From assembly GCA_021734945.1 (NCBI GenBank), contig JAIPIA010000002.1, forward strand, positions 258,829 through 322,828: 64,000 nt of DNA. Reading direction: 5' to 3'. The notes below the pieces were generated by a model. The model ran no database searches and was not told where the DNA came from. It saw only the letters and a program-made list of their open reading frames with translations. This stretch comes from Minisyncoccota bacterium. GTDB lineage: Bacteria > Patescibacteriota > Minisyncoccia > Phycocordibacterales > CAIZLB01. A program made the translations under genes and the position numbers. Shown one piece after another: positions 39,293-48,314 of this stretch; within the stretch, counting starts at the first letter, position 1, and the number at the start of each line of letters is the position of its first letter.

Positions 39293-39568
39293 ATGAATAA
39301 AGCCGCATTAGTTGAAAAAGTTCACGGAGTTCTCGGTACTACAAAAGTACAAGCTGAACAAATCGTTGATACAGTTTTCGACAATATCATCGCTACTCTC
39401 AAGAAAGGTGATGAAGTTTCAGTAGCAGGATTTGGTATCTTTTCTGCAAAGACAAGAGCAGCACGAACAGCGCGAAACCCACGAACAGGTGAAATGGTTA
39501 AGGTTGCCGCTATGAAGGTTGCAAAGTTCCGAGCAGCAAAGGCTCTCAAAGAAGCTATCAATAAATAA
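39293..39568 (+). CDS. hup: DNA-binding protein HU
   Basis: MNKAALVEKV...AGFGIFSAKTRAARTARNPRTGE is the HU signature. Confidence 0.88.
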   Translation: MNKAALVEKVHGVLGTTKVQAEQIVDTVFDNIIATLKKGDEVSVAGFGIFSAKTRAARTARNPRTGEMVKVAAMKVAKFRAAKALKEAINK

Positions 39569-39721
39569 TTTTTTGATACTCTCGCAAAATTTGTCCTAGC
39601 TACAGCTTCGTCAAAATGTGCAGACAAAAAATCGTAATGTGACATTGCATCACAAAGCGACATAAGCAAAAGATTTAGATAGTTTGAATCATGACCGAAT
39701 AATATTGGTCCCACTTACTAA

Positions 39722-39756
39722 AATCCCCTCTCAGAAATGAGTAGGGGTTTTTAGTT
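39722..39756 (+). terminator. intrinsic terminator about 160 nt downstream of hup
   Basis: cccctctcagaaatgagtagggg followed by a T-run. Confidence 0.45.
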
Positions 39757-40146
39757 TTTATTTTTACCAGCATTTTAAGTTTCCGTAATTTCATTTCGCG
39801 GACAGGTATCATATTTGTCGAACACTTAGTTTGAAGTTAATATTTAAATATGCTAAAAAAATTCAATGTAAGTAATGACACTATGGTTGTTACCTCAAAA
39901 TATATCACCGAAATGAAACTACCTATATTAGAGGTAACTCATCAGGATGACGGCGAAGAATCTGATATATAGCAATTTCATTGTGGTAATGGAGATTTTT
40001 CCATGCAACAGATGCAGCTCGTACGATTAGATACAATCTTATCTATTGATTCAAGTGTAGCTGAAGTTGCAGACATCAAATTAGGATTTTCAGCAAAAAG
40101 AGAAACAAAAGATTCTCCTTGGAAATTAGTTATAGATTCAAAATAA

Positions 40147-40174
40147 AGGGAATCGGTCACGAATAATTCCCTTG
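40147..40174. repeat. tRNA 3'-end-like hairpin (aagggaatcggtcacgaataattccctt); paralogous fragment at 43261-43282
   Basis: Perfect 8-bp stem. The sequence taagggaatcggtcac is shared with 43266-43281, and both mimic the T-arm/3' end of the adjacent tRNA-Gly genes. Confidence 0.6.
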
Positions 40175-40287
40175 CCGTCGCTCAGGAATTTTCGCTACCC
40201 CAGCTCGCCTCTGTCCGCTACTGCGTCCAGACCTCGCAAGGCTCGGTGCGCTTCGCTTTTCGATTCACAATATCCAATAGCAAATAA

Positions 40288-40317
40288 TAAAAACCAGCAC
40301 ATTTCTGTACTGGTTTT
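40288..40317 (-). terminator. intrinsic terminator immediately downstream of tRNA-Gly(TCC); near-identical copy at 43413-43440
   Basis: aaaaaccagcacatttctgtactggttttt. Confidence 0.6.
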
Positions 40318-40327
40318 TATTATTTGT

Positions 40328-40397
40328 GCGGGATAAGGGAATCGAACCCTTGTCTACTGCTTGGAAGGCAGTCATTCTACCACTAAACCAATCCCGC
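40328..40397 (-). tRNA. tRNA-Gly (anticodon TCC); no encoded CCA
   Basis: Manual cloverleaf: acceptor GCGGGAT/ATCCCGC, anticodon stem ACTGC/GCAGT, loop CTTCCAA, T-arm GGGTTCGATTCCC. Confidence 0.8.
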
Positions 40398-40508
40398 ATA
40401 TTTTTATAACGAGATACCTACCCTCCTATCTCGTGTATGCACCACTATACCAAAGCATTCACTCTAAAACAACATCTGGTATACTTAACTCAAATAACCA
40501 TATAAACC

Positions 40509-41759
40509 ATGAAAAATATATTCAAAAACACATCAATCGTATTCCTTGTGGTTTTTGTAGGTATCACCTCATATTATATTCCCCTCAAAGTTAACAATAT
40601 TGACCCTCGTATAGAAACCTACACTGTTTTTTCAAATACCCTTTCTTATGTATCAGAGACATCTTTCCAGCTATTAGCGACGGTAGCGGGTTCGACAAAA
40701 AGTATTAAAGGAATGCTAAACGGCCAACCTTTAAACATTTTTACACTTGAGCCGCTTTCATATCTTAAGCTACAAGCCCCAATTTTTGATCTTCTCCCCC
40801 TATTCTTCTCAAGTTCAACAAAAACTACAAGCCAAAAAAATGGAAACACGAATCCAAACAACAAAACTCTAGATGATTCACTAAACCAAACTAGCGCTCC
40901 TATTATTGCAAAAAAAGAGACAAAACAAGAAGACGCAATTGTAAACATATTTTGTTCGCAAAAAATAATTGTAAACGGCAAGGTAAGCAACCAAAGAAGA
41001 ACTATTACGGGCAGTGGTGTCCTTATTAATAAAGACGGTACAGTACTCACAAACGCGCATGTAGGACAATTCCCTCTTCTCTCTGAAAAAGATCCCAACG
41101 TTGTATGCCTTGCTCGTTATGGGAACCCTGCTAGTGGATCTCTATCAGTTAAAGTAAGCTTTATTTCTCCAGAATGGATTAAAGAATATGGGAAATATGT
41201 AAATACAGAAGGCACAGCACAAACCGGAAAATCAGATTTCGCTCTACTAAAAATTGGTTTACCTAAGCAAAATACTAACAATATAGCCATTCTATCTCCT
41301 ATCGTAGTTCAGAAGAATCTACCAGCTATAGGTGACAAGATATTTTCAATCTCTTACCCTGCGGATATATTAGGGACTAAAGGAGTTGGAGCTTCATTAC
41401 CTATGCAAAAAGAGCAATTGGCAGTAAACCGCTACTACTCAGTAGGAGTGACAACATATGATGTATTAGAAACTACTCCGAGCACAGCTGGCCAAAGAGG
41501 CTCTTCTGGTGGAGCAATAGTAGACGAACACGGTCATTTTATAGGGACAATTACGACTATTGTAAATTCAACGGTTCCCTCAAAGAAAAATATTCGTGCA
41601 ATGACTGTTGATCACACTGACACTGAATTACTTAAATATAGCAACACCAACCTAACTCAAGTAGTAAATTTTGGTTCATCTGACGTAGAAAAATCTTTTA
41701 ATCTGCAATATAGAGACTATCTTACTTCCCTTTTGAATACTTACTTGAATTCTCTTTAA
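40509..41759 (+). CDS. secreted trypsin-like serine protease (S1 family, no PDZ)
   Basis: N-terminal TM/signal sequence, TNAHV (His), an Asp region and GSSGGAIV (Ser) catalytic motifs. Confidence 0.7.
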   Translation: MKNIFKNTSIVFLVVFVGITSYYIPLKVNNIDPRIETYTVFSNTLSYVSETSFQLLATVAGSTKSIKGMLNGQPLNIFTLEPLSYLKLQAPIFDLLPLFFSSSTKTTSQKNGNTNPNNKTLDDSLNQTSAPIIAKKETKQEDAIVNIFCSQKIIVNGKVSNQRRTITGSGVLINKDGTVLTNAHVGQFPLLSEKDPNVVCLARYGNPASGSLSVKVSFISPEWIKEYGKYVNTEGTAQTGKSDFALLKIGLPKQNTNNIAILSPIVVQKNLPAIGDKIFSISYPADILGTKGVGASLPMQKEQLAVNRYYSVGVTTYDVLETTPSTAGQRGSSGGAIVDEHGHFIGTITTIVNSTVPSKKNIRAMTVDHTDTELLKYSNTNLTQVVNFGSSDVEKSFNLQYRDYLTSLLNTYLNSL

Positions 41760-42123
41760 TTATAGCCACCAAAGCGTCTATACTGTCTTCTGATGCAACT
41801 TTGTTAACCTTCTCGTAGTTGCAAACCATACATCTGTGTAACACTCTGTATTCCCTTTCTGTGCCCTCAACTTTTACAGGTTTCATTAAACCACCACAAG
41901 TAGCTAGTCGATCACCTGGTTTAATATCTACGTGTTTACTATACAAACAAACAGGGCAATGGTTTGTATATCCACTTCCCTTCACTGTAACCCCACATTT
42001 TCCACAAATAAAATCCTCTTTGGTTTTTGAAAATCTTTTACCAAAAGGTTTAATTAGCTTATTTTCTTGAGATATTCTAGCTTTCTCCTCTCTTATAGCC
42101 CTATTTGCTGCTGTATCTGACAT
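41722..42123 (-). CDS. RNHCP-domain zinc-ribbon protein
   Basis: CGKCG...YTNHCPVC...CMVC: two CxxC pairs and an RNHCP-like motif. Confidence 0.45.
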   Translation of the reverse strand: MSDTAANRAIREEKARISQENKLIKPFGKRFSKTKEDFICGKCGVTVKGSGYTNHCPVCLYSKHVDIKPGDRLATCGGLMKPVKVEGTEREYRVLHRCMVCNYEKVNKVASEDSIDALVAIIKENSSKYSKGK

Positions 42124-42126
42124 TTG

Positions 42127-42199
42127 TCGGAGCGCCGGGATTCGAACCCGGAGTCACCTGTTCCCAAAACAGGAATGTTAACCGTTACACCACGCTCCG
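42127..42199 (-). tRNA. tRNA-Pro (anticodon TGG); no encoded CCA
   Basis: Acceptor CGGAGCG/CGCTCCG, anticodon stem CCTGT/ACAGG, loop TTTGGGA, T-loop TTCGAAT. Confidence 0.85.
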
Positions 42200-42245
42200 A
42201 ATGACAAGCAATATATCATATAACTCGCCTAACAACAATAAAAAA

Positions 42246-42758
42246 CTATAAATTTGAATAGGATCTTACCTTTATCTTAGTAATTTTCCGCTCAATCTGC
42301 GAAGAATAGACCTCCACAACAAACCCATGAATAAAAATATCAAGACCTCTGTTTCTATACACACTCCTCAAATCTCTAAAAATACCTCTGACCGAAGAGT
42401 CACTTGAATCATAATCCCCACCTCTACTATCCAACAAAGACAAAAGTCCTAACCTTAATCTTCTGAGTTTAAGTATTTTTGTCCTAGACAGATTCTCCTC
42501 AGCTAGAAAGTTGTTATTTCTAAGCATGTTCGTACTTTCCGTCCCAAAATCACCAGAATATACAGTTTTAACCTCAAAAATATGAATATTACTATTGTAA
42601 AATGTTAAAATATCAATTTCTCCCCTCTTGAGCCTAACGTTTCTACCCAAAACTTTATGGCCTTTAGAAATTAAATAGAATTCAGTTGCCTTCTCACCGT
42701 AAGAACCCAAATTTTTACGATTAAACAAACCCTCTTTAGTATCTAGAGATAATTTCAT
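42246..42758 (-). CDS. yraN: YraN/UPF0102-family putative endonuclease (with insertion)
   Basis: YGEKATEFYLISKGHKVLGRNVRLKRGEIDIL matches the UPF0102 N-terminal signature. Confidence 0.5.
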   Translation of the reverse strand: MKLSLDTKEGLFNRKNLGSYGEKATEFYLISKGHKVLGRNVRLKRGEIDILTFYNSNIHIFEVKTVYSGDFGTESTNMLRNNNFLAEENLSRTKILKLRRLRLGLLSLLDSRGGDYDSSDSSVRGIFRDLRSVYRNRGLDIFIHGFVVEVYSSQIERKITKIKVRSYSNL

Positions 42759-43213
42759 AATTATTTAAACCTAACAAAGATCACTTAAAGTAATAATCAA
42801 ATTTAAATAAAGTTACACATGTAACCGTAGAATACTGTTTCACATGAATCATACCTATAATTAGGCATGAAATACGCCGAATCTGTTCATACAAGCCAGA
42901 TATGTGCTTTATACACTATGTGGCACGTGAAACATATATAAGCCAATTTAAAATCTATAAAAGCCAGCCTTTAGAGTCCAAAATATCAAAATACCCATAT
43001 TATAAGCCATTAATTCACAGTTTTAAACAAGATACCTATTTAAGTAAAAGACAGCTCAAAATGTCTTTTATACACATATCCACTTAGTTATCCACAGTTT
43101 TGAATGATTATGGCTATTATCAGTAATGAACATGTATCCTTAAAAAACATTGTTTTTAGGTCTAGAATAGGTGCGAACTTAAGTAGCTATTCTACAAGGG
43201 GAAGCAACAATAT

Positions 43214-43244
43214 AAAAAGACAAGGTAATATCCTTGTCTTTTTA
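43214..43244. terminator. bidirectional hairpin
   Basis: aaaaagacaaggtaatatccttgtcttttta is a perfect 8-bp stem with A/T flanks. Confidence 0.45.
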
Positions 43245-43412
43245 TATTGTTTATTCTGTGGGGTAAGGGAATCGGTCACCAGTTCCTTTTGTTACACAAA
43301 AGTCCTGTCGACCCCTCCTCCTTTGCTTCTGGTTCACTAACTAAAATCGTATTAGTTCACATCGAAGCTTCAGTCCGGCTTTCTCATCCCTCTATTAACT
43401 CTGCAAATAACA

Positions 43413-43440
43413 AAAACCAGCACATTCTGTACTGGTTTTT
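43413..43440 (-). terminator. intrinsic terminator downstream of tRNA-Gly(GCC) (paralog of 40288-40317)
   Basis: aaaaaccagcacattctgtactggttttt. Confidence 0.6.
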
Positions 43441-43449
43441 GTTATTTGT

Positions 43450-43519
43450 GCGGGGTAAGGGAATCGAACCCTTGTCCCGTCCTTGGCAAGGACGTATTCT
43501 ACCACTAAACCAACCCCGC
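43450..43519 (-). tRNA. tRNA-Gly (anticodon GCC); no encoded CCA
   Basis: Acceptor GCGGGGT/ACCCCGC, anticodon stem CGTCC/GGACG, loop TTGCCAA. D and T arms are identical to tRNA-Gly(TCC). Confidence 0.8.
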
Positions 43520-43586
43520 ATTCATATATTATTACGATTATAGCAAAATTGTTTTCTAAAGAAACCTTTCATTTCTACAAACCGTG

Positions 43587-43658
43587 TGCACCCACCAGGA
43601 TTCGAACCTAGAATAACGGTTCCGAAGACCGTTGTGATATCCATTTCACCATAGGTGC
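43587..43658 (-). tRNA. tRNA-Arg (anticodon TCG, inferred); no encoded CCA
   Basis: Acceptor GCACCTA/TGGGTGC (with G-U pairs), anticodon stem ACGGT/ACCGT, loop CTTCGGA, T-loop TTCGAAT. Confidence 0.65.
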
Positions 43659-43731
43659 ATATGTATTTTTCAATACAAGGACAATATTACATTAAAATAG
43701 CAAAAAATCAAAGGTTGTATTACTATTTGAG

Positions 43732-45303
43732 ATGTTATACATGAAACAGACAATGAACACACTTAATAAGCCTAGCTATATAGATATCCGAAAGATTAAC
43801 TCTGATGCACTCAGTGTGGTCAAACGTATTCAAGAAGCTGGCTATGAAGCGTATCTAGTAGGAGGTTGTGTACGCGATTTGATAATGAATAGAGAGCCTA
43901 AAGATTGGGATGTTACTACAAACGCGAAACCTGAGCAGATTATAGCCATTTTTGAAAAGACCTTTTATGAAAATACCTTTGGTACAGTAGGGGTAGTTAT
44001 ACTTAAACCAACAGACGCTAAAGAGGAAGTAGGGGACAAAGAGGTACAGAAGCCGAAAGAAGTCCTTATGATAAAGAATGAGGTAATAGAAGTTACACCT
44101 TATCGAGTGGAATCTGAGTACAAAGATGGAAGAAGACCTGAGAGTGTGACTTTTAGTGATCATATTGAAGATGACTTAAAGAGAAGAGATTTTACAATCA
44201 ACGCTTTGGCTTTTGATCCTATAAAAGACATTCTTATTGATTTGTTTGATGGAATAAAAGACATAAAAGACAAAACAATACGGGCTGTCGGTAACCCTCT
44301 AGAGAGATTCCAAGAAGACGGGCTCAGAGTACTTAGAGCAGTGCGTTTTAGTGCAGAATTAGGTTTCACGATTAACAAAGATACTCAAACTGCCCTATAT
44401 GATTCACGTGAAATGCTTGAAAAGATAGCTAAAGAACGTATAAGGGACGAGTTCTCAAAGATTATCATGTCTGATTACCCAATGGTTAGTCTTTTTATGT
44501 GCCAGAAGCTAGAAATTCTTAAATATATTGTTCCCGAGCTTGAAGAGGGGGTCAATACTGAGCAAAATCAAGCCCATTCATATACTGTCTTTGAGCACCT
44601 CTTGAGAAGTCTACAGTGCGCAGCTGATAAAAAGTACCCTTTTGAAGTAAGATTGTCAGCACTACTCCATGATATTGGAAAACCTGAGTCTCGACGTTTC
44701 TCGAAGGAGAAGAAGGACTATACTTTCTACGGACATGAGGTGATTGGCGCAAATATGGCTAAAAAGATACTTGAAAGACTCAATTTTCCACGTAAAACCA
44801 TTGATTTAGTATACAAATTTGTGCGTTGGCATATGTTTTTTTCAGATACAGAACAAATTAGCCTTTCAGCTGTTCGTAGAATGATTGCAAATGTGAGCAG
44901 GGAACATATATGGGATTTAATGAATCTCCGAATATGTGATCGTGTGGGAACAGGCAGACCAAAAGAAAACCCTTATAGGCTCCGAAAATACACTGCAATG
45001 ATAGATCAGGTGCTTATGGACCCTGTTTCAGTATCAATGCTTAAAATAGATGGCAAGGAGCTTATGGAAGTGTTACACGTGGAACCTGGACCAAAGATTG
45101 GCCTTATTTTGAATGCATTACTAGAAGAAGTTATAGAGGATCCCACTAAAAATGATCCGGCAAAGCTGTCTGCAATCGCTGAACGTTTGAATAACCTAGA
45201 TATTAAAGAACTTATAGAAAAAGCTGACAATGGTAAAAAATTAAGAGAAGATAAAGAAAAGGAAGCTTTGGATTCGATATTGAAAAAACACCACGTTTCA
45301 TAA
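43732..45303 (+). CDS. cca: CCA-adding enzyme / tRNA nucleotidyltransferase with HD domain
   Basis: Pol-beta-type NTase head (LVGGCVRDLIM...DWDV), a tRNA-NT body and an HD motif (LLHDIGKP). Confidence 0.75.
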   Translation: MLYMKQTMNTLNKPSYIDIRKINSDALSVVKRIQEAGYEAYLVGGCVRDLIMNREPKDWDVTTNAKPEQIIAIFEKTFYENTFGTVGVVILKPTDAKEEVGDKEVQKPKEVLMIKNEVIEVTPYRVESEYKDGRRPESVTFSDHIEDDLKRRDFTINALAFDPIKDILIDLFDGIKDIKDKTIRAVGNPLERFQEDGLRVLRAVRFSAELGFTINKDTQTALYDSREMLEKIAKERIRDEFSKIIMSDYPMVSLFMCQKLEILKYIVPELEEGVNTEQNQAHSYTVFEHLLRSLQCAADKKYPFEVRLSALLHDIGKPESRRFSKEKKDYTFYGHEVIGANMAKKILERLNFPRKTIDLVYKFVRWHMFFSDTEQISLSAVRRMIANVSREHIWDLMNLRICDRVGTGRPKENPYRLRKYTAMIDQVLMDPVSVSMLKIDGKELMEVLHVEPGPKIGLILNALLEEVIEDPTKNDPAKLSAIAERLNNLDIKELIEKADNGKKLREDKEKEALDSILKKHHVS

Positions 45304-45838
45304 GAAACATTAAAAAGTTGAAAAGACGGGAACAAAAAAGACCGGCGTTAGCATGACGACGGAAGGGAACAAAAAAACGAGAACAAACAAAGAACAAATA
45401 AATAAATTTAGCGTCAGCTAAGGCCAGTCTTATGAGACCGGAAACTTTTTGACATCTGTAGTCGCGATTAAGGGAATGGTGGGAAGTGAAACTCAAGGAA
45501 AGAATTTCAAAAAATGTAAGTATATTGGGAAATTTTCCTCTATCTTACCTCTTACCAAACCTTATCGACCTACCTGTGTCGATATTGTGAATGTACAGGT
45601 GTCTTATGCAGTGAAACCCTGACCTGTCCTTTATTATATGTCCTTTACAATAAATGTAAACAGACACAGATTAATTTTTTAAATTATTTTGTTTATAAAA
45701 GACATGGTTGCAAAAAATCATTTCTACGTTGGATATAAAGGACATTTTAGGTGTCTTCAAGATAAATGAAATTCAGTCGTTAAACTAGTTATCCACAGGC
45801 TAAAAATATTTTGAAATATATTTTTTAAATTATGAAAA

Positions 45839-46636
45839 TTATAAATCGATTTCGAGTGAAATAGGGCAGTGGTCTGAACCATATATATCCTGATGAATTT
45901 TAGCTTCAATGATTTTTTTATCCTGGGTTTTATCTACTAGGAAATAATCGATTCTCCACCCGATGTTTCGGTTTCTAGCACCACTCTTTACATCCCACCA
46001 ACTATAAGCATCTCGAGCTTCAGGATTTTTAAAACGAAAAGTATCAATAAAACCTTCCTCTATAACACTACTAAGCCATTCTCTCTCAATAGGTAAAAAG
46101 CCAACATGGTTAGAGTTTTCCTTCGGACGAGCAATATCAATCTCCGTGTGAGCTACGTTTAAATCGCCACAAAATACGATCTTTTTACCTTCATCTTTAA
46201 GTTTTGTTATGTATTTTTTAAAAGCCTTATAAAATCTAAGTTTATATTCTAGTCTACTAACATCACCGCCGCCGTTGGGAAAATAACAATTTATAAAGAC
46301 AAATTTTTTGAAATATAGTGCAATAAATCTCCCTTCTTGATCTATTTGCGTAGCTTTTGAGGAGTCAGAAACTTCGACCATCAAATCTGTATCAACAGTT
46401 TCTGGTATTTCTTTTGTATATACAACAACTCCACTGTATCCTTTTTTAACTTTTGAGTGGTCAAAATAGCTTCTATAACCGTCTATATTGAGCAATGAAG
46501 AGTCTAGTTGGTCTGGATGGGCTTTTGTCTCTTGGAAGCAAAATATGTCAGGATTTTGAGATAAAACCCAATCAAGACAACCTTTTTTACTCCATGCTCT
46601 AATACCATTTACATTCCAACAGATAATTTTTTTCAT
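45839..46636 (-). CDS. xthA: exodeoxyribonuclease III (EEP family)
   Basis: MKKIICWNVNGIRA...QETK...GDLNVAH...SDHCP motifs. Confidence 0.85.
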   Translation of the reverse strand: MKKIICWNVNGIRAWSKKGCLDWVLSQNPDIFCFQETKAHPDQLDSSLLNIDGYRSYFDHSKVKKGYSGVVVYTKEIPETVDTDLMVEVSDSSKATQIDQEGRFIALYFKKFVFINCYFPNGGGDVSRLEYKLRFYKAFKKYITKLKDEGKKIVFCGDLNVAHTEIDIARPKENSNHVGFLPIEREWLSSVIEEGFIDTFRFKNPEARDAYSWWDVKSGARNRNIGWRIDYFLVDKTQDKKIIEAKIHQDIYGSDHCPISLEIDL

Positions 46637-46683
46637 TTAGTTCTTAAATTATAGCACCTGGGGAGTATTTCAAAACGCTGTGA

Positions 46684-47718
46684 TTACTTTTTCTTACCGT
46701 CCTGCCTACTATGGAAAGTCTTGTGAATCTCTCTTAAGTGTTTATCAGTAACATGGGTATAAATCTGAGTAGTTGTTATATTTGCATGTCCCAATAGGGC
46801 CTGTACTGAACGCAAATCAGCACCATTTTGAAGTAAATCAGTAGCAAAACTGTGACGAATAACGTGAGGAGTGACTTTTTTTGAAATTCCCGCCTTAACA
46901 GCATAGTATTTCACTAGTCTTTCTATAGACCTTGGGGTTAAATCAAACAGACGAGAACTTGTCAGAGACTTATTTTTAGCCAGATAATCACGAATAGCAG
47001 ACTTTGCGGCCGGTGTTAAAAAAACCACTCTAACTTTTTCGCCCTTACCTCGTACCGAGAACTCATCTTTTGAGACATCGAGATCACGCGGAAGAGAACA
47101 CAGTTCAGATACTCGCAATCCTGTAGAGTAGAAAAGCTCCAGAATAGCCTTATCTCTAAGCTTTTTCTGTTCATCTTTCTCCTGATTTGGGCCGTCTAAA
47201 AACCTCTCAAGTTCCTCACTACTTATCAGGTCAAGAGACCTCTCGGGAACCTTAGCAAGCTCGATATTGTCTGCAGGTAGGGAACTTATAGATCTTTTTG
47301 CAAGATATTTTAAAAATGACCGCAAAGCAATCAAATAGTAGTTTTGAGTCCTTTTTTTGAGGGTTTGAGCTCCATATATGCCACCGACGCCATTTTTAGC
47401 CTTATTTTTAGCTTCAAAACTCCCTGGTCTCTCCCCTAAGGGCTTACGATTGAGCCAAAGCCGATACTCACGAAGATACTCTGTACTAATCTCACGTGGA
47501 TCAATATGCATATTTACAGGAATTGCGTTTAAACCCTTATTTTTAGCTATATTATCAGACAAAAAATCAAGAAATGAAGTGATATATCTGTCATAATTTT
47601 CAACTGTTTTGAGAGATCGACCTTTCTCGATTTCGATATATTCTAAAAATTGCCGCTTTAATTGGTTTAAACTAAGTGTATTACTACTCTCGCTCATATG
47701 GTTTATATTTTGCGACAT
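46684..47718 (-). CDS. tyrosine site-specific recombinase (XerC/XerD-like)
   Basis: The C-terminal catalytic region HVIRHSFATDLLQNGADLRSVQALLGHANITTTQIYTHV carries the R..H..R..Y tetrad. There is a SAM-like N-domain. Confidence 0.7.
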   Translation of the reverse strand: MSQNINHMSESSNTLSLNQLKRQFLEYIEIEKGRSLKTVENYDRYITSFLDFLSDNIAKNKGLNAIPVNMHIDPREISTEYLREYRLWLNRKPLGERPGSFEAKNKAKNGVGGIYGAQTLKKRTQNYYLIALRSFLKYLAKRSISSLPADNIELAKVPERSLDLISSEELERFLDGPNQEKDEQKKLRDKAILELFYSTGLRVSELCSLPRDLDVSKDEFSVRGKGEKVRVVFLTPAAKSAIRDYLAKNKSLTSSRLFDLTPRSIERLVKYYAVKAGISKKVTPHVIRHSFATDLLQNGADLRSVQALLGHANITTTQIYTHVTDKHLREIHKTFHSRQDGKKK

Positions 47719-47821
47719 GATTCCTATTAGTATAGCAAACTCTTTGGACTAAACATCCTTTTATTTAACAGGGTTCTAGGGGATTGTTTTATTTGAACTT
47801 GTGTGCTAGTATCCTGCTATC

Positions 47822-48097
47822 ATGCTTACAAAGTCAAAGAAGCAAAAAGTTATCAAAGACGTGGCAATTCACAAGGAAGATACAGGTTCTGCCGCTGTTC
47901 AGATTGGTTTGCTTAGTAAAAAAATCGAGGAGCTTGCAAAACACCTCAAAAAACACGCCAAAGATAATCACTCTCGACGTGGATTACTACAGATGGTTGC
48001 TGATAGACAAAAACATATGAAATACCTTCAGAAAAAGGATCCTAAGACATATGATTCTGTTCTCAAGAAGCTCGAACTCAAAAAGAAAGCTGCGTAG
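47822..48097 (+). CDS. rpsO: 30S ribosomal protein S15
   Basis: TGSAAVQIGLLSKKIEELAKHLKKHAKDNHSRRGLLQMV is typical S15. Confidence 0.88.
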   Translation: MLTKSKKQKVIKDVAIHKEDTGSAAVQIGLLSKKIEELAKHLKKHAKDNHSRRGLLQMVADRQKHMKYLQKKDPKTYDSVLKKLELKKKAA

Positions 48098-48314
48098 TCT
48101 ACACTAGACACATAAGATTTCAAGAAAAATCGCTATACACAGCGGTTTTTCTTTTAGCTATTTACTTAGTTTTTATTTGATATAATAAGAAGAACAGATA
48201 GATTTGTTTTGATTAATTTCAATGCACATTATTATCTGCAGATTTTTATATTTGAGGTGCTCATATTGCACCATTTTTTAAGATTATTTTATTTATTTTT
48301 AACATTTATATAAC

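Noticed and set aside
39322-39714. 130-aa minus-strand ORF
   Set aside because: It lies entirely antisense to the well-supported hup gene, and the reverse-frame translation is low complexity.
40328-40397. Initially read this tRNA as tRNA-Trp (CCA anticodon) from the ttccaag string
   Set aside because: Folding the cloverleaf places the 5-bp anticodon stem as ACTGC/GCAGT, so the 7-nt loop is CTTCCAA and the anticodon is TCC (Gly). The CCA reading came from a mis-phased loop.
43732-47718. Possible integrated mobile element spanning cca-xthA-recombinase next to the tRNA cluster
   Set aside because: The gene content is housekeeping (CCA enzyme, exonuclease III). There is no phage or plasmid cargo and no flanking direct repeats that bracket this block, so only the recombinase itself is noted.
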